A stretch of DNA of 24,000 bases from Cyanobacteria bacterium P01_G01_bin.54 (GTDB taxonomy: Bacteria > Cyanobacteriota > Cyanobacteriia > Cyanobacteriales > Spirulinaceae): contig JBCDEB010000012.1 in assembly GCA_039180005.1 (NCBI GenBank), positions 10,275 to 34,274 on the forward strand, given 5' to 3'. Within the stretch, counting starts at the first letter, position 1. Each line of letters starts with the position of its first letter. Below the pieces are notes generated by a model that did no database searches, was not told where the DNA came from, and was given only the letters and a program-made list of their open reading frames with translations. The position numbers and the translations under genes were made by a program. Of this stretch, positions 1 through 8,774 are shown piece by piece.

Positions 1-710
1 GCAGATCCTATCATAGATTTAAAATAGTGTCAGATCAAGGTAATAAGCCTTGCAATGTCGCACTTTTTTGCATACATGACATGGGCAATATACGTGCTGC
101 ACTAGTTACTCAAAATGTTATCATCAGGCTTCGACCTAAATCTATTATTTTAACGGGTATTGCTGGAGGGATAAGAAAAAAGAATGATGAAAAATTCTTA
201 GGCGATGTTATCGTTTCAGAGCAAATTGTCTATTATGAACCGGAGAAGCAGAAGCCATCTAAAGTTGAGTTCCGCCACAATTCTTTTTCTGCAGATAATG
301 TACTTCTCCGAGCTGCAAAAAGTTTGAAGCCTGCTGATTGGTTCACTTTGATTGAAACAGAGCGGCCTGATGGAAAAACAGGCAGAATTAATCCTGCTGC
401 GTATTTCGGCATAGTTGCATCCGGTGAAACACTTGTTGCTGACGAAGCTTGGACAGAAAAATTACAAGACTATTGGTCTAAGATAATCGGAGTCGAAATG
501 GAAGGCGCAGGAGTAAGCCTTGCTGCTACAGAAAGTGGACTCCGTGGGATGCTTCTGGTCAAAGGGATTTCTGATTGGGCAGATGAAACAAAGAATGACG
601 ATTGGCAGCGTTATGCTTCTGAAGCTGCTGCTTCTTTCGTGATTGCTCTAATCAGAGATAAAACCACTATTGTTATGACTGAGCCGGGTCTTCCTGATAG
701 TAAAGCGTGA
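1..710 (+). CDS. Pfs / PNP_UDP_1-family nucleosidase or nucleoside phosphorylase, probably 5'-truncated by the window edge
   Basis: The reading frame is open from base 3, with no in-frame stop upstream of the GTG at 27, so the true N-terminus probably lies outside the window. The translation aligns by eye with Pfs-type nucleosidases. TGIAGGI / LGDVIVSE matches the NTGSAGG / VGDIVVSD region. GIVASGETLV and GVEMEGAGV...VKGISDWAD match AVEMEATA...VRAISDVAD. The first ~40 residues of the fold are missing. Hand-counted GC of a 60-nt line (121-180) is 22/60, versus 36/60 in the neighbouring ndhD (1021-1080). Confidence 0.6.
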   Translation, partial: RSYHRFKIVSDQGNKPCNVALFCIHDMGNIRAALVTQNVIIRLRPKSIILTGIAGGIRKKNDEKFLGDVIVSEQIVYYEPEKQKPSKVEFRHNSFSADNVLLRAAKSLKPADWFTLIETERPDGKTGRINPAAYFGIVASGETLVADEAWTEKLQDYWSKIIGVEMEGAGVSLAATESGLRGMLLVKGISDWADETKNDDWQRYASEAAASFVIALIRDKTTIVMTEPGLPDSKA

Positions 711-766
711 GTTATCCTATCAATGCAGTTCACACAATCATTGACGTCTCTACTTAAAAGGAGAAC

Positions 767-2350
767 TTATGAATTTGGATTGATGCCCGAATCGGTTTGA
801 ACGATCGCCCCCTGCCCAATATCCAAGGCAAATTCTCCCAGCAAGCCCTCCCCTGTAACTGAAACTTCAGCCGCCCTCGGCAAACCCATCACCGTCTCCC
901 GCAATACCAAATCTGTGGCTTGGGGTTCAGTCCAATGCACCACCCAATTGGGCAAGAGGCCAAAGAGCAAAATCAAGCTCATTAAGGCGAGCGAGGGAGC
1001 ATGGTCTTTGAGGGTCACACGGGGTAGGTTGGCTAAACCATCGGGCAGCCGGCCGAAAAAGACCCGGTTGACCATGAGCAGGAAATAAACAGCGGTCAAG
1101 CCGGTGCCCACAATGCAAAGAAGGGTCGGAATGGGGAAAATGGGGAATGCACCCCGGAAGACCAAAAACTCAGCAATAAAGCCAACCAAACCCGGCAGAC
1201 CGGCACTGGCCATCACCCCAACAATGATCAAGCTCCCTGTAATCGGCAGTCCTCGCTCAGGATTGAGCAGACCACAGAGCACATTCACATCCCGAGTGCC
1301 GGTTTTTTTGTAGACAATCCCGACCAGTAAGAAGAGAAAGGCAGAAATAAGACCATGGCTGACCATTTGGAACATGGCAGCATTCATGCTCAGGGGTGTG
1401 GTCGCAGCGGCGGCGAGCAAGATGTAGGCCATGTGGGCGATCGAGGAATAGGCCACCACCTTCTTCATGTCTTGCTGGGCGATCGCACTCAAGGCCCCAT
1501 AGAGAGCGCTGATCGCTGCTAGATAGGCCAGCCAAGGCGCAAGCACCACCCAAGCGGAGAAAAAGAGCCCCACACCAAACTTGAGCAAGGCATAGGTTCC
1601 CAGCTTCAGCAAGACACCGGCCAACAGCACCGAAACGGGGGTCGAAGCCTCCACGTGGGCATCAGGCAGCCAGGTATGGAAGGGGAAAATCGGAATCTTG
1701 ATGCAGACCCCCACCAGCAGCGTGGCCAGTAAGATGAGCTGTAGCGTCATCGGCAGATTTTGCTGACGCAGGGGTTCATAGTCAAAGCTGCTCGCGCCGC
1801 TGGCCCAAACCAACCCCAAAAAGGCGGCTAAGACTAAAATGCCGGAGACGGCGGTGTAGATCAGGAACTTCATCGCCGCATAGCCCCGGCGGCCACCACC
1901 CCAGATCGCAATTAAGAAATAGAGCGGAATAATTTCCAGCTCATAGAATAGGAAAAACAGCAGCAGATCTTGAGCGAGGAAGGCACCGGCTGCCCCCGAA
2001 CTTAAGAGCAGCAGTAGGGCATAGTAGAAGCGTTGCCTCTCAAGATCGGGGCGGCTGGCAATGATCGCCACTAGGGTCAAACCACTGTTGAGCGCGATCA
2101 AGGGCAAGGAGAGGCCGTCTATGCCCAGATGGTAGTTCAAACCCAGAAATTGAATCCAGGGGATAAACTCCTCCAACTGGGGCGTGAGCTGATTGGGGTC
2201 AAATTGCCCCAGCAGTAGCACCGTGACGCCGAGCATCAGCAGCCCGGTGACGATCGCCGTGCGGCGAAACCCCGTTGAGGACGGTTCAACGGGCAAGAGG
2301 GCAATCACAATTGCCCCAAGTACGGGCCCCCAGATTAATAGGCTTAACAT
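767..2350 (-). CDS. ndhD: NAD(P)H-quinone oxidoreductase subunit D (NuoM/ND4 antiporter-like family), NdhD3/D4-type paralog
   Basis: Polytopic hydrophobic protein with NuoM/ND4 hallmarks: FFLFYELEIIPLYFLI..WGG, HTWLPDAHVEASTPVSVLLAGVLLKLGTY, VAYSSIAHMAY. The first 53 codons of the ORF-track version (to 2509) are hydrophilic read-through of the ndhF-ndhD spacer. The ATG at 2350 gives the typical N-terminus MLSLLIWGPVLGAIVIALLP. It lies directly downstream of, and co-oriented with, ndhF. Confidence 0.88.
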   Translation of the reverse strand: MLSLLIWGPVLGAIVIALLPVEPSSTGFRRTAIVTGLLMLGVTVLLLGQFDPNQLTPQLEEFIPWIQFLGLNYHLGIDGLSLPLIALNSGLTLVAIIASRPDLERQRFYYALLLLLSSGAAGAFLAQDLLLFFLFYELEIIPLYFLIAIWGGGRRGYAAMKFLIYTAVSGILVLAAFLGLVWASGASSFDYEPLRQQNLPMTLQLILLATLLVGVCIKIPIFPFHTWLPDAHVEASTPVSVLLAGVLLKLGTYALLKFGVGLFFSAWVVLAPWLAYLAAISALYGALSAIAQQDMKKVVAYSSIAHMAYILLAAAATTPLSMNAAMFQMVSHGLISAFLFLLVGIVYKKTGTRDVNVLCGLLNPERGLPITGSLIIVGVMASAGLPGLVGFIAEFLVFRGAFPIFPIPTLLCIVGTGLTAVYFLLMVNRVFFGRLPDGLANLPRVTLKDHAPSLALMSLILLFGLLPNWVVHWTEPQATDLVLRETVMGLPRAAEVSVTGEGLLGEFALDIGQGAIVQTDSGINPNS

Positions 2351-2545
2351 GAATTTCTGATTGAACTCCCGAATCAAATTGTTCTCAACTAAAGCGCTCC
2401 AAAAGCGATTATCTTGAGCGGGCGAGACGCCCGCGCTACGGATATTGAATGGAGATGAACTGTAGCGCAGGTGGTCAGTGAGCGGAGTTGAACTGCACCT
2501 GCCTGCCACGGATCAAGATTTTTTACCGCATTTTTTTGCCACACG

Positions 2546-4465
2546 CTAACCCACTGTTACCGTCTCCAACACGGTGGTCCAAAAGCCCGTAATCACCGAC
2601 CATTCACCACTAAAAATCAACCAAAACAGCAAGGCAACGCCCAAAACCATCGTCAAGAGATAAAACTGTGATTGGCCCGAGACATTGTATTTAAGGGAAC
2701 TGCCGCCAAAGATGGTCGCCAGACCCACCAGGTTCACCACCCCATCAACGATATAGCGGTCGAACCAAGCCGTAAACCGAGAGGCACCAGAGACCGCCGC
2801 CACCACCGTCAACGCATAAAAACGCTCGATATAAAAGTCATAGGCCAAGAGATCCTGTACAAAGCGCAGGGGACGCAGATTCGGACGCGCCCAAGCCCGA
2901 TTGAGCGGTAGTTTCGTCCCAATTAGAATCCCCACCAGACCCGAACCCGCAATCAAGGGAATATGGACATTCTCCAGCCAATGGGTGGGGGCATCGAGGG
3001 GGGCATGGGGGCTCAGCCAGAGGGGCCATTGCCGGGGGGCGATCGCCACAACCGCCACAACCAGGGTCAAGGCGACCATCGGCAGCGCCATGGGCCAAGC
3101 CACCTCGGGAGTTCGGCGGGTTTTAGGTTGGGGCTCACCCCAGAAGACCAACCGGAAAACCCGCACGAGGTTAATGGCACTCAGGGCATTGACAAACAAC
3201 ACCATCACCAGCAACCAGAAGGGTGTGTGCCATTGGCCGTTAAACCAGCGCTCCACGGTCCAGAACATGCCCAGCGGCAGTAAGGCAACTAAGCTGGCAC
3301 TGCCGACGCCGTAAGCGGTCGTGGTGGCTGGCATCCGCGACCAGAGTCCGCCCATTTCGGTAATGTTCTGATTGCTGGTCGTCAGGATCACCGAGCCAAT
3401 GCTCATAAACAGCAACGCCTTGGCCAGGGCATGGCTAAAGAGCAGCAAAAAGGCGATATCCACCTGCCCGAGACCCACGGCAATGAACACGAGACCCATG
3501 TAGGCACTGGTGGAATGGGACAGGGTCCGCTTGATATCGATTTGGGCGATCGCCATCAACGAGGCCCCCACCGCCGTCACCGTGCCCAACACAATCAACA
3601 CATCAGAGACCACCGGCGAGAGACTAAAAACCGGTTGGAGCTTGATTAAAACATAGGCCCCCGCACTGACGACAATCGAATTGCGCAAAATCCCGGCGGG
3701 GTTGGGCCCTTCCATCGCCTCATCCAGCCAAAGATTGAGGGGGAACTGGGCACATTTACCAATCGGCCCGGCAATCAGCGCAAAGCCAATCAAGGTGACG
3801 GTTATGGGGGCGATCTGCGAGCTGCGCAAATGCAACTCCAATTCACTAAAATCCAGCCCTGCTCCATCGCTAGAGAGGGCGACCATGCCCATCAGCAGCA
3901 GCATATCACCCACCCGTTTGGTCAAGAACGCATCTCGGGCGGCAGTGACGACCAGGGGCTGGGCATACCAAAATCCCACGAGGAGGTAGGTTGAGAGCGT
4001 CAAGACCTCCAGAAAGCCATAGCTGAGAAAGAGAGAATCACTCAGGGCGATACCACTGAGTGCCGCCTCAAAGAGTCCCATTAGCCCATAGAATCGCGCC
4101 AGAGACCAGTCCTTTTCCATATAACCCAAGGCATAGAGCTGAACCAGGAGGCTCAAACCCGTGACCAAGGTCAAGGCCCCCAAGCTCACCGGCGAGAGAT
4201 AGAGGGTCAGGGAAAGATTGAAATCCGCCAGACTCAGCCAATTGAATGCCACTTGGTAGGGTGCTTGATCCCAAATCCCTTCGAAAGCGATCGCGCCATG
4301 GACAAAGGCCAGCACGGTCATCAAGAGGTTGATATAGGCCGCCGGGCGCGGACCCGTGCGACGAATGATACCGAGTGACCAGGGCAGGGTCAACATGGCC
4401 CCCAGCAGACCATAAAGGGGCACAAACTCAGTGTAGTCGAGCAAAACGTTGGTTAGGGCATTCAT
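2546..4465 (-). CDS. ndhF: NAD(P)H-quinone oxidoreductase subunit F (NuoL/ND5 antiporter-like family), NdhF3/F4-type paralog
   Basis: A 639-aa polytopic protein. The N-terminus (PLYGLLGAMLTLPWSLGIIRRTGPRPAAYINLLMT) and the core (QFPLNLWLDEAMEGPNPAGILRNSIVVSAGAYVLIKL, SHSTSAYMGLVFIAVG) are typical of cyanobacterial NdhF. ILRNS replaces the LIHAATMV of respiratory NdhF1; I associate this from memory with the CO2-uptake paralogs, unverified. It pairs with ndhD and lies next to the ccm genes. Confidence 0.88.
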   Translation of the reverse strand: MNALTNVLLDYTEFVPLYGLLGAMLTLPWSLGIIRRTGPRPAAYINLLMTVLAFVHGAIAFEGIWDQAPYQVAFNWLSLADFNLSLTLYLSPVSLGALTLVTGLSLLVQLYALGYMEKDWSLARFYGLMGLFEAALSGIALSDSLFLSYGFLEVLTLSTYLLVGFWYAQPLVVTAARDAFLTKRVGDMLLLMGMVALSSDGAGLDFSELELHLRSSQIAPITVTLIGFALIAGPIGKCAQFPLNLWLDEAMEGPNPAGILRNSIVVSAGAYVLIKLQPVFSLSPVVSDVLIVLGTVTAVGASLMAIAQIDIKRTLSHSTSAYMGLVFIAVGLGQVDIAFLLLFSHALAKALLFMSIGSVILTTSNQNITEMGGLWSRMPATTTAYGVGSASLVALLPLGMFWTVERWFNGQWHTPFWLLVMVLFVNALSAINLVRVFRLVFWGEPQPKTRRTPEVAWPMALPMVALTLVVAVVAIAPRQWPLWLSPHAPLDAPTHWLENVHIPLIAGSGLVGILIGTKLPLNRAWARPNLRPLRFVQDLLAYDFYIERFYALTVVAAVSGASRFTAWFDRYIVDGVVNLVGLATIFGGSSLKYNVSGQSQFYLLTMVLGVALLFWLIFSGEWSVITGFWTTVLETVTVG

Positions 4466-4863
4466 GTCAAAGCAGGGTCAAGGACGTCAGAAAGCTGGAC
4501 TATTCCTCTGATTGTCCTATGGATGGGTCATAAAGCGCATGGCAGATCCAATAAATTGGCGATCACCGCATCAGGGTCTGTTACCCACTTCACCCCGCGC
4601 ACCTTTTTCCTGCGGTCTCCTGCAAACTCAGCGGGCTGATCCAATTGATCCCCACTGCGAAATCAACCAAAACAGTGCATTATTCTGCACTTGTAACAGG
4701 GATTGAGCCAACCATAGATCAATAAAAATGCAGGATACCTTCCGGATTAATTTTTATCTATGCAATGAGTAATCACAACTGCTCCATTCAACAAAACGCA
4801 AGATCCAGCCAGGGCGATCGCCTCAATCCCTTGACCGAAAATGTCCTTGACGGACTGCCATAT

Positions 4864-4892
4864 TTGACGTATGGAAGACAACCTATTAAAAT
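4864..4892 (+). promoter_or_regulatory. Near-consensus sigma70-type promoter (TTGACG, 17-nt spacer, TAAAAT) facing ccmK2
   Basis: Read directly: TTGACG at 4864-4869, a 17-nt spacer at 4870-4886, and TAAAAT at 4887-4892, embedded in the most AT-rich part of the ndhF/ccmK2 divergent region. It would give a leader of about 330 nt before ccmK2. Confidence 0.4.
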
Positions 4893-5157
4893 TTGTTAAC
4901 AATAGAATTTAAAAAAATCATAAAGATTTATATTGTCAAAGACCCAACGGTTTCCTATTCTTGTTGAGTAAGTGAAGCACTAAGCAATTCCCAGCGACTT
5001 AATCGTTCTCAGTTTTAATCAACAAGAGAGCTGTTTTATGCTGAAGCGGAGTGACGATAGGACAATCTTGATAGGTGCTGCCAAGCTGAAGCAAGCTTGC
5101 TGTAGTAATGTTTTGGGTTTGCCCAGTGTCAGGAGCTTTAATCCTGTGCTGTGAGTA

Positions 5158-5185
5158 TTGAATCGGTTCAGTTCAATCCTATATT
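5158..5185 (+). promoter_or_regulatory. Proximal candidate promoter (TTGAAT, 16-nt spacer, TATATT) overlapping an ATTGAA-N9-TTCAAT inverted repeat
   Basis: TTGAAT at 5158-5163 and TATATT at 5180-5185. The perfect inverted repeat ATTGAA (5157-5162) / TTCAAT (5172-5177) spans the -35 box and spacer. The AAGGAG Shine-Dalgarno at 5213-5218 precedes the ccmK2 ATG at 5227. Confidence 0.3.
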
Positions 5186-5226
5186 TTCACGTTTCATTGT
5201 TTGCCGATATTAAAGGAGTTTAAAGA

Positions 5227-5538
5227 ATGCCTATTGCAGTTGGAATGATTGAAACCTTGGGTTTCCCTGCCGTGGTTGAAGCCGCTGATGCCATGGTCAA
5301 AGCCGCCCGCGTTACCTTAGTGGGCTACGAAAAAATTGGCTCCGGACGTGTCACCGTGATTGTCCGGGGGGATGTTTCCGAAGTGCAAGCTTCAGTTTCT
5401 GCAGGGATTGAATCGGCCAATCGTGTCAAGGGCGGTGAAGTGCTCTCCACCCATATCATTGCCCGTCCCCACGAGAATTTGGAATACGTGCTGCCCATTC
5501 GCTACACCGAAGAGGTCGAACAGTTCCGAACCTACTAG
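5227..5538 (+). CDS. ccmK2: Carboxysome shell hexamer protein CcmK2 (BMC-H)
   Basis: A 103-aa protein, [57 protein letters not shown]...[26 protein letters not shown]. This is the canonical CcmK sequence without the C-terminal extension, and it has a good Shine-Dalgarno. Confidence 0.95.
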   Translation: MPIAVGMIETLGFPAVVEAADAMVKAARVTLVGYEKIGSGRVTVIVRGDVSEVQASVSAGIESANRVKGGEVLSTHIIARPHENLEYVLPIRYTEEVEQFRTY

Positions 5539-5741
5539 CGCAGCGGCAGAATTTTGAGCGATTGGGTTGTGGTTCACTGCCCCAAACCCTCGCTGCCCAG
5601 CTCGTCGTAGATACGGCTCTGTGCCCCCACACGTTAGCCCCGAAGCTGAACCGTTATCGGCCCCGTTAACCCAGCATGCTAACCGACCGAGCGAATTGGT
5701 CAAATTAACCCTATGAGATTGAATTAGAGGATTGAATAACG

Positions 5742-6074
5742 ATGTCAATTGCAGTTGGAATGGTGGAAACATTAGGGTTTCCTGCCGTGGTTGAAGCCGC
5801 TGATGCCATGGTCAAAGCTGCCCGCGTTACGCTGGTGGGCTACGAAAAGATTGGTACCGGGCGTGTCACCGTAATTGTTCGGGGCGATGTTTCGGAGGTA
5901 CAAGCCTCTGTGGACGCAGGCACTGAAAACATCAAGCGTGTCAATGGCGGTCAGTTGCTCTCGACCCACATCATTGCTCGCCCCCACGAGAACCTCGAAT
6001 ATGTTCTCCCCATTCGCTACACCGAAGCGGTGGAGCAGTTCCGTGAGAGTGTTAACCCCTCACTGAGACGCTAG
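5742..6074 (+). CDS. ccmK1: Carboxysome shell hexamer protein CcmK1 (BMC-H with short C-terminal extension)
   Basis: A 110-aa paralog of the upstream gene. It has the C-terminal tail [10 protein letters not shown], resembling the CcmK1 tail of Synechocystis (REIVNPS...RR as I recall it). The order K2-K1-L-M-N matches the Synechocystis ccm operon. Confidence 0.92.
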   Translation: MSIAVGMVETLGFPAVVEAADAMVKAARVTLVGYEKIGTGRVTVIVRGDVSEVQASVDAGTENIKRVNGGQLLSTHIIARPHENLEYVLPIRYTEAVEQFRESVNPSLRR

Positions 6075-6081
6075 GGACACC

Positions 6082-6420
6082 ATGCAGATTGCACAGGTTC
6101 GCGGCACGGTTGTCAGCACCCAAAAGCTGCCCACGATGACCGGGATCAAGCTGTTGCTCTTACAGTTTATTGATCACGAAGGTCAGTTGCTCCCTCAGTA
6201 CGAGGTCGCCGACGATCGCGTCGGGGCAGGCATTGGGGAATGGGTGTTGGTCAGCCGCCGCTCGATTGTTCCCCAACGGGAGGTCGAGGATCAGCGCCCC
6301 GTCGATGCGCTCGTGGTAGGCATTATCGATACAGTCTCCGTAGAATCCGGCCAGCTCTACAGCAAGAAAGATGAGTATCGGGTGCGACCCGCTCCGGCTC
6401 GATCCAAGCTAACCTCCTGA
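6082..6420 (+). CDS. ccmL: Carboxysome shell vertex (pentamer) protein CcmL (EutN/CcmL family)
   Basis: MQIAQVRGTVVSTQK...KLLLLQ...VADDRVGAGIGEWVLVS...DALVVGIIDTV is the typical BMC-P/CcmL pattern. It starts 7 nt after the ccmK1 stop. Confidence 0.9.
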   Translation: MQIAQVRGTVVSTQKLPTMTGIKLLLLQFIDHEGQLLPQYEVADDRVGAGIGEWVLVSRRSIVPQREVEDQRPVDALVVGIIDTVSVESGQLYSKKDEYRVRPAPARSKLTS

Positions 6421-6545
6421 GCCGGATTGCCTTGGTTTTATCCACCCCATCCCTTGTGGTCATCCTGCTCCATTCCCATTCTCTGTTGCCCTGGAAACCC
6501 CAAACTCCCTCTAAATTCAATTGGTTATGAAGGAAGGAAATTGTC

Positions 6546-8576
6546 ATGGTTGTCCGTAGACGCGCGGCTCCCCCCACACCCTGGTCGAGGGGTCTCACTG
6601 AACCCCAAATCCACCCCTCCGCCTACATTAATTCGTTCTCGAATGTTATTGGCGATGTGCGCATTGGGGCGAATGTGTTGATTTCGCCGGGTACTTCGAT
6701 CCGGGCCGATGAGGGGTTCCCATTCTATATTGGCGACTATACCAATGTGCAGGATGGGGTGGTCATCCATGGCTTAGAAAAGGGGCGCGTCCGGGGCGAC
6801 GATGGTCAGGACTATTCCGCCTGGATTGGTAAGAATACCTGTATTACGCACATGGCGCTCGTCCATGGGCCCGTTTATGTGGGCGATGATTGCTTTATTG
6901 GCTTCCGTTCCACGGTGTTTAATGCCAAGGTGGGCAATGGTTGCATTGTCATGATGCATGCATTGATCCAGGATGTGGACATTCCACCTGGCAAATATAT
7001 CCCCTCCGGTGCGGTGATTACCCATCAACAGCAGGCCGATCGTCTGCCGGATGTGCAAGAAGCGGATCGCGCCTTTGCCCATCATGTGGTCGAAATCAAC
7101 GAAGCCCTGCGGGTGGGCTATCGCTGTGCTGAAGACCCGAGTTGCATTCGCCCGATTCGCGATCAAGCGGAATCGGACACCCCCGCCCCCCATTTTTCGC
7201 TTAACGCTGACAACGAATTAGTAGACCTAGCAGACACCACCATGAGCCTAACTCCTGAAACGATCGAACAGGTGCGATCGCTGCTGCGGCAGGGATACAC
7301 CATTGGTCTTGAACATGCCGACAAACGCCGCTTCCGCTCTAAATCTTGGCTGACCGCACCGAGCATTCAGAGCAGCCGTGAAGGGCAGGTTCTGGCCGAA
7401 CTCGAAGACCGCCTCGCGGAATACGCCGGGGAATACGTGCGCCTGATTGGCGTTGACGCCCAGGCCAAGCGCCGCGTTCTCGAAGAGATTATCGCTCGGC
7501 CCAATGGCAATGCGCCCCAGCGCAAGCATCGAGCCACAATCCGTACCAGCGCTGCCACCAATGGCGTCGTGGCCACCAATGGCTTAGGCGGCGAAGTCGT
7601 CGAGCAAATTCGCTCCCTGCTGCGTCAGGGCTATAAGATCGGCACGGAACATGCGGACAAGCGCCGCTTCCGAGCCAAGTCTTGGTTGACGTGTCCCCAA
7701 ATTCAAGCCACCCAGGAGCAAGCGGTGTTTGCGGAGCTCTCCCAATGCCTTGCTGATCATGCTGGGGAATACGTGCGCCTGATCGGTGTCGATGCCAACG
7801 CGAAGCGCCGGGTGATGGAGATTATTATCCAGCGTCCCGGTGATGCGCCCGTCGCAGCCAGCCGCAATGGTTCCGCTCGCTACTCAGCCAGTAATGGTCA
7901 ACACACCAGTAATGGGGCGGGTGCAGGACTGAGTGAGCAAGTTCGAACTTTATTGGGTCAGGGTTTGAGCATCCGGGCTGAGCATGCCGACAAGCGGCGC
8001 TACCGTTCTAAGTCTTGGCTCACCTGCGCGGGCATTGATGGCACCAGTGAGACCCAACTGATGGGCCAGCTCCAACAGGTTTTGACGGAATATCCCAATG
8101 ATTACGTCCGCTTGATTGGCGTGGATGCCAATGCCAAACGGCGGATCAGCGAGATCATTGTTCAGCGTCCGGGTAATGGCAATGGTACAGCGACCGCCGC
8201 CATCAGCAATCGTCCGGCCAGCCGCAACGGCTATAGCGCTAGCAGCTATAGCGCCAACAGTAATGGGGCGGCGACCTATGCGACGAGTAGCTATGCTAGT
8301 CCAACCTCCAGCAGCAGCTTGGATAGCGCGGTAGTGGATCAGGTGCGATCGCTCCTGCGTCAGGGTTACAACATCGGCACGGAACACGCGGATAAGCGCC
8401 GTTTCCGGGTCAAGTCCTGGCAGCCCTGCTCACCCATTGAATCGAGCCGCGAAGGGGAAGTGCTCACCAAGCTGCAAGACTGCCTTAATGAGCATTCTGG
8501 TGAATATGTACGCTTGCTCGGCATTGATGCTGCGGCTAAACGTCGGGTGTTGGAGCAGATTATCCAGCGACCGTAA
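6546..8576 (+). CDS. ccmM: Carboxysome assembly protein CcmM: N-terminal gamma-carbonic-anhydrase (left-handed beta-helix) domain plus four RbcS-like (SSUL) modules
   Basis: The N-terminus [31 protein letters not shown] is typical of CcmM. The hexapeptide-repeat gamma-CA core carries His75/His102/His107 ([15 protein letters not shown]). Four repeats follow, of the form VxQ(V/I)[25 protein letters not shown]...[16 protein letters not shown]. Confidence 0.95.
   Translation: MVVRRRAAPPTPWSRGLTEPQIHPSAYINSFSNVIGDVRIGANVLISPGTSIRADEGFPFYIGDYTNVQDGVVIHGLEKGRVRGDDGQDYSAWIGKNTCITHMALVHGPVYVGDDCFIGFRSTVFNAKVGNGCIVMMHALIQDVDIPPGKYIPSGAVITHQQQADRLPDVQEADRAFAHHVVEINEALRVGYRCAEDPSCIRPIRDQAESDTPAPHFSLNADNELVDLADTTMSLTPETIEQVRSLLRQGYTIGLEHADKRRFRSKSWLTAPSIQSSREGQVLAELEDRLAEYAGEYVRLIGVDAQAKRRVLEEIIARPNGNAPQRKHRATIRTSAATNGVVATNGLGGEVVEQIRSLLRQGYKIGTEHADKRRFRAKSWLTCPQIQATQEQAVFAELSQCLADHAGEYVRLIGVDANAKRRVMEIIIQRPGDAPVAASRNGSARYSASNGQHTSNGAGAGLSEQVRTLLGQGLSIRAEHADKRRYRSKSWLTCAGIDGTSETQLMGQLQQVLTEYPNDYVRLIGVDANAKRRISEIIVQRPGNGNGTATAAISNRPASRNGYSASSYSANSNGAATYATSSYASPTSSSSLDSAVVDQVRSLLRQGYNIGTEHADKRRFRVKSWQPCSPIESSREGEVLTKLQDCLNEHSGEYVRLLGIDAAAKRRVLEQIIQRP
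7251..8573 (+). repeat. Four tandem SSUL (small-subunit-like) coding repeats inside ccmM, separated by low-complexity linkers
   Basis: Module coordinates from my residue count:
- SSUL1: aa 236-319 (nt 7251-7502).
- SSUL2: aa 349-431 (nt 7590-7838).
- SSUL3: aa 462-542 (nt 7929-8171).
- SSUL4: aa 595-676 (nt 8328-8573).
The linker between SSUL3 and SSUL4 is a roughly 52-aa Ser/Ala/Asn/Tyr-rich stretch. Confidence 0.9.
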
Positions 8577-8774
8577 CGTTGCTCTACCGTCCTGTGGGTC
8601 GAATCGCTGATACCCCATTACGAAATTCAGACTATAGATCATCAGACTCAAGCCCAGCCAGCTCTGGCTTGATGACTGCGGTCGTGTAGCGTCCCTAGCG
8701 GGGAAACTGTAAACGCAAATTGCGAACGGGTATTAACTGACCCCAGGAGCATTGCTCCCTCTTTTTCTTGACCC

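Noticed and set aside
2351-2509. N-terminal 53-codon extension of the ndhD ORF (MAGRCSSTPLTDHLRYSS...).
   Set aside because: It is hydrophilic and unlike any NdhD N-terminus. The internal ATG at 2350 gives the canonical MLSLLIWGP... start. The extension is read-through of the ndhF-ndhD spacer, which also contains a GCGGGC/GCCCGC hairpin.
4512-4706. A 64-aa ORF in the ndhF/ccmK2 divergent region, and a 70-aa ORF at 23562-23774.
   Set aside because: Neither has a Shine-Dalgarno or any motif. Both have atypical composition and overlap predicted regulatory or repeat DNA, so they are probably chance ORFs.
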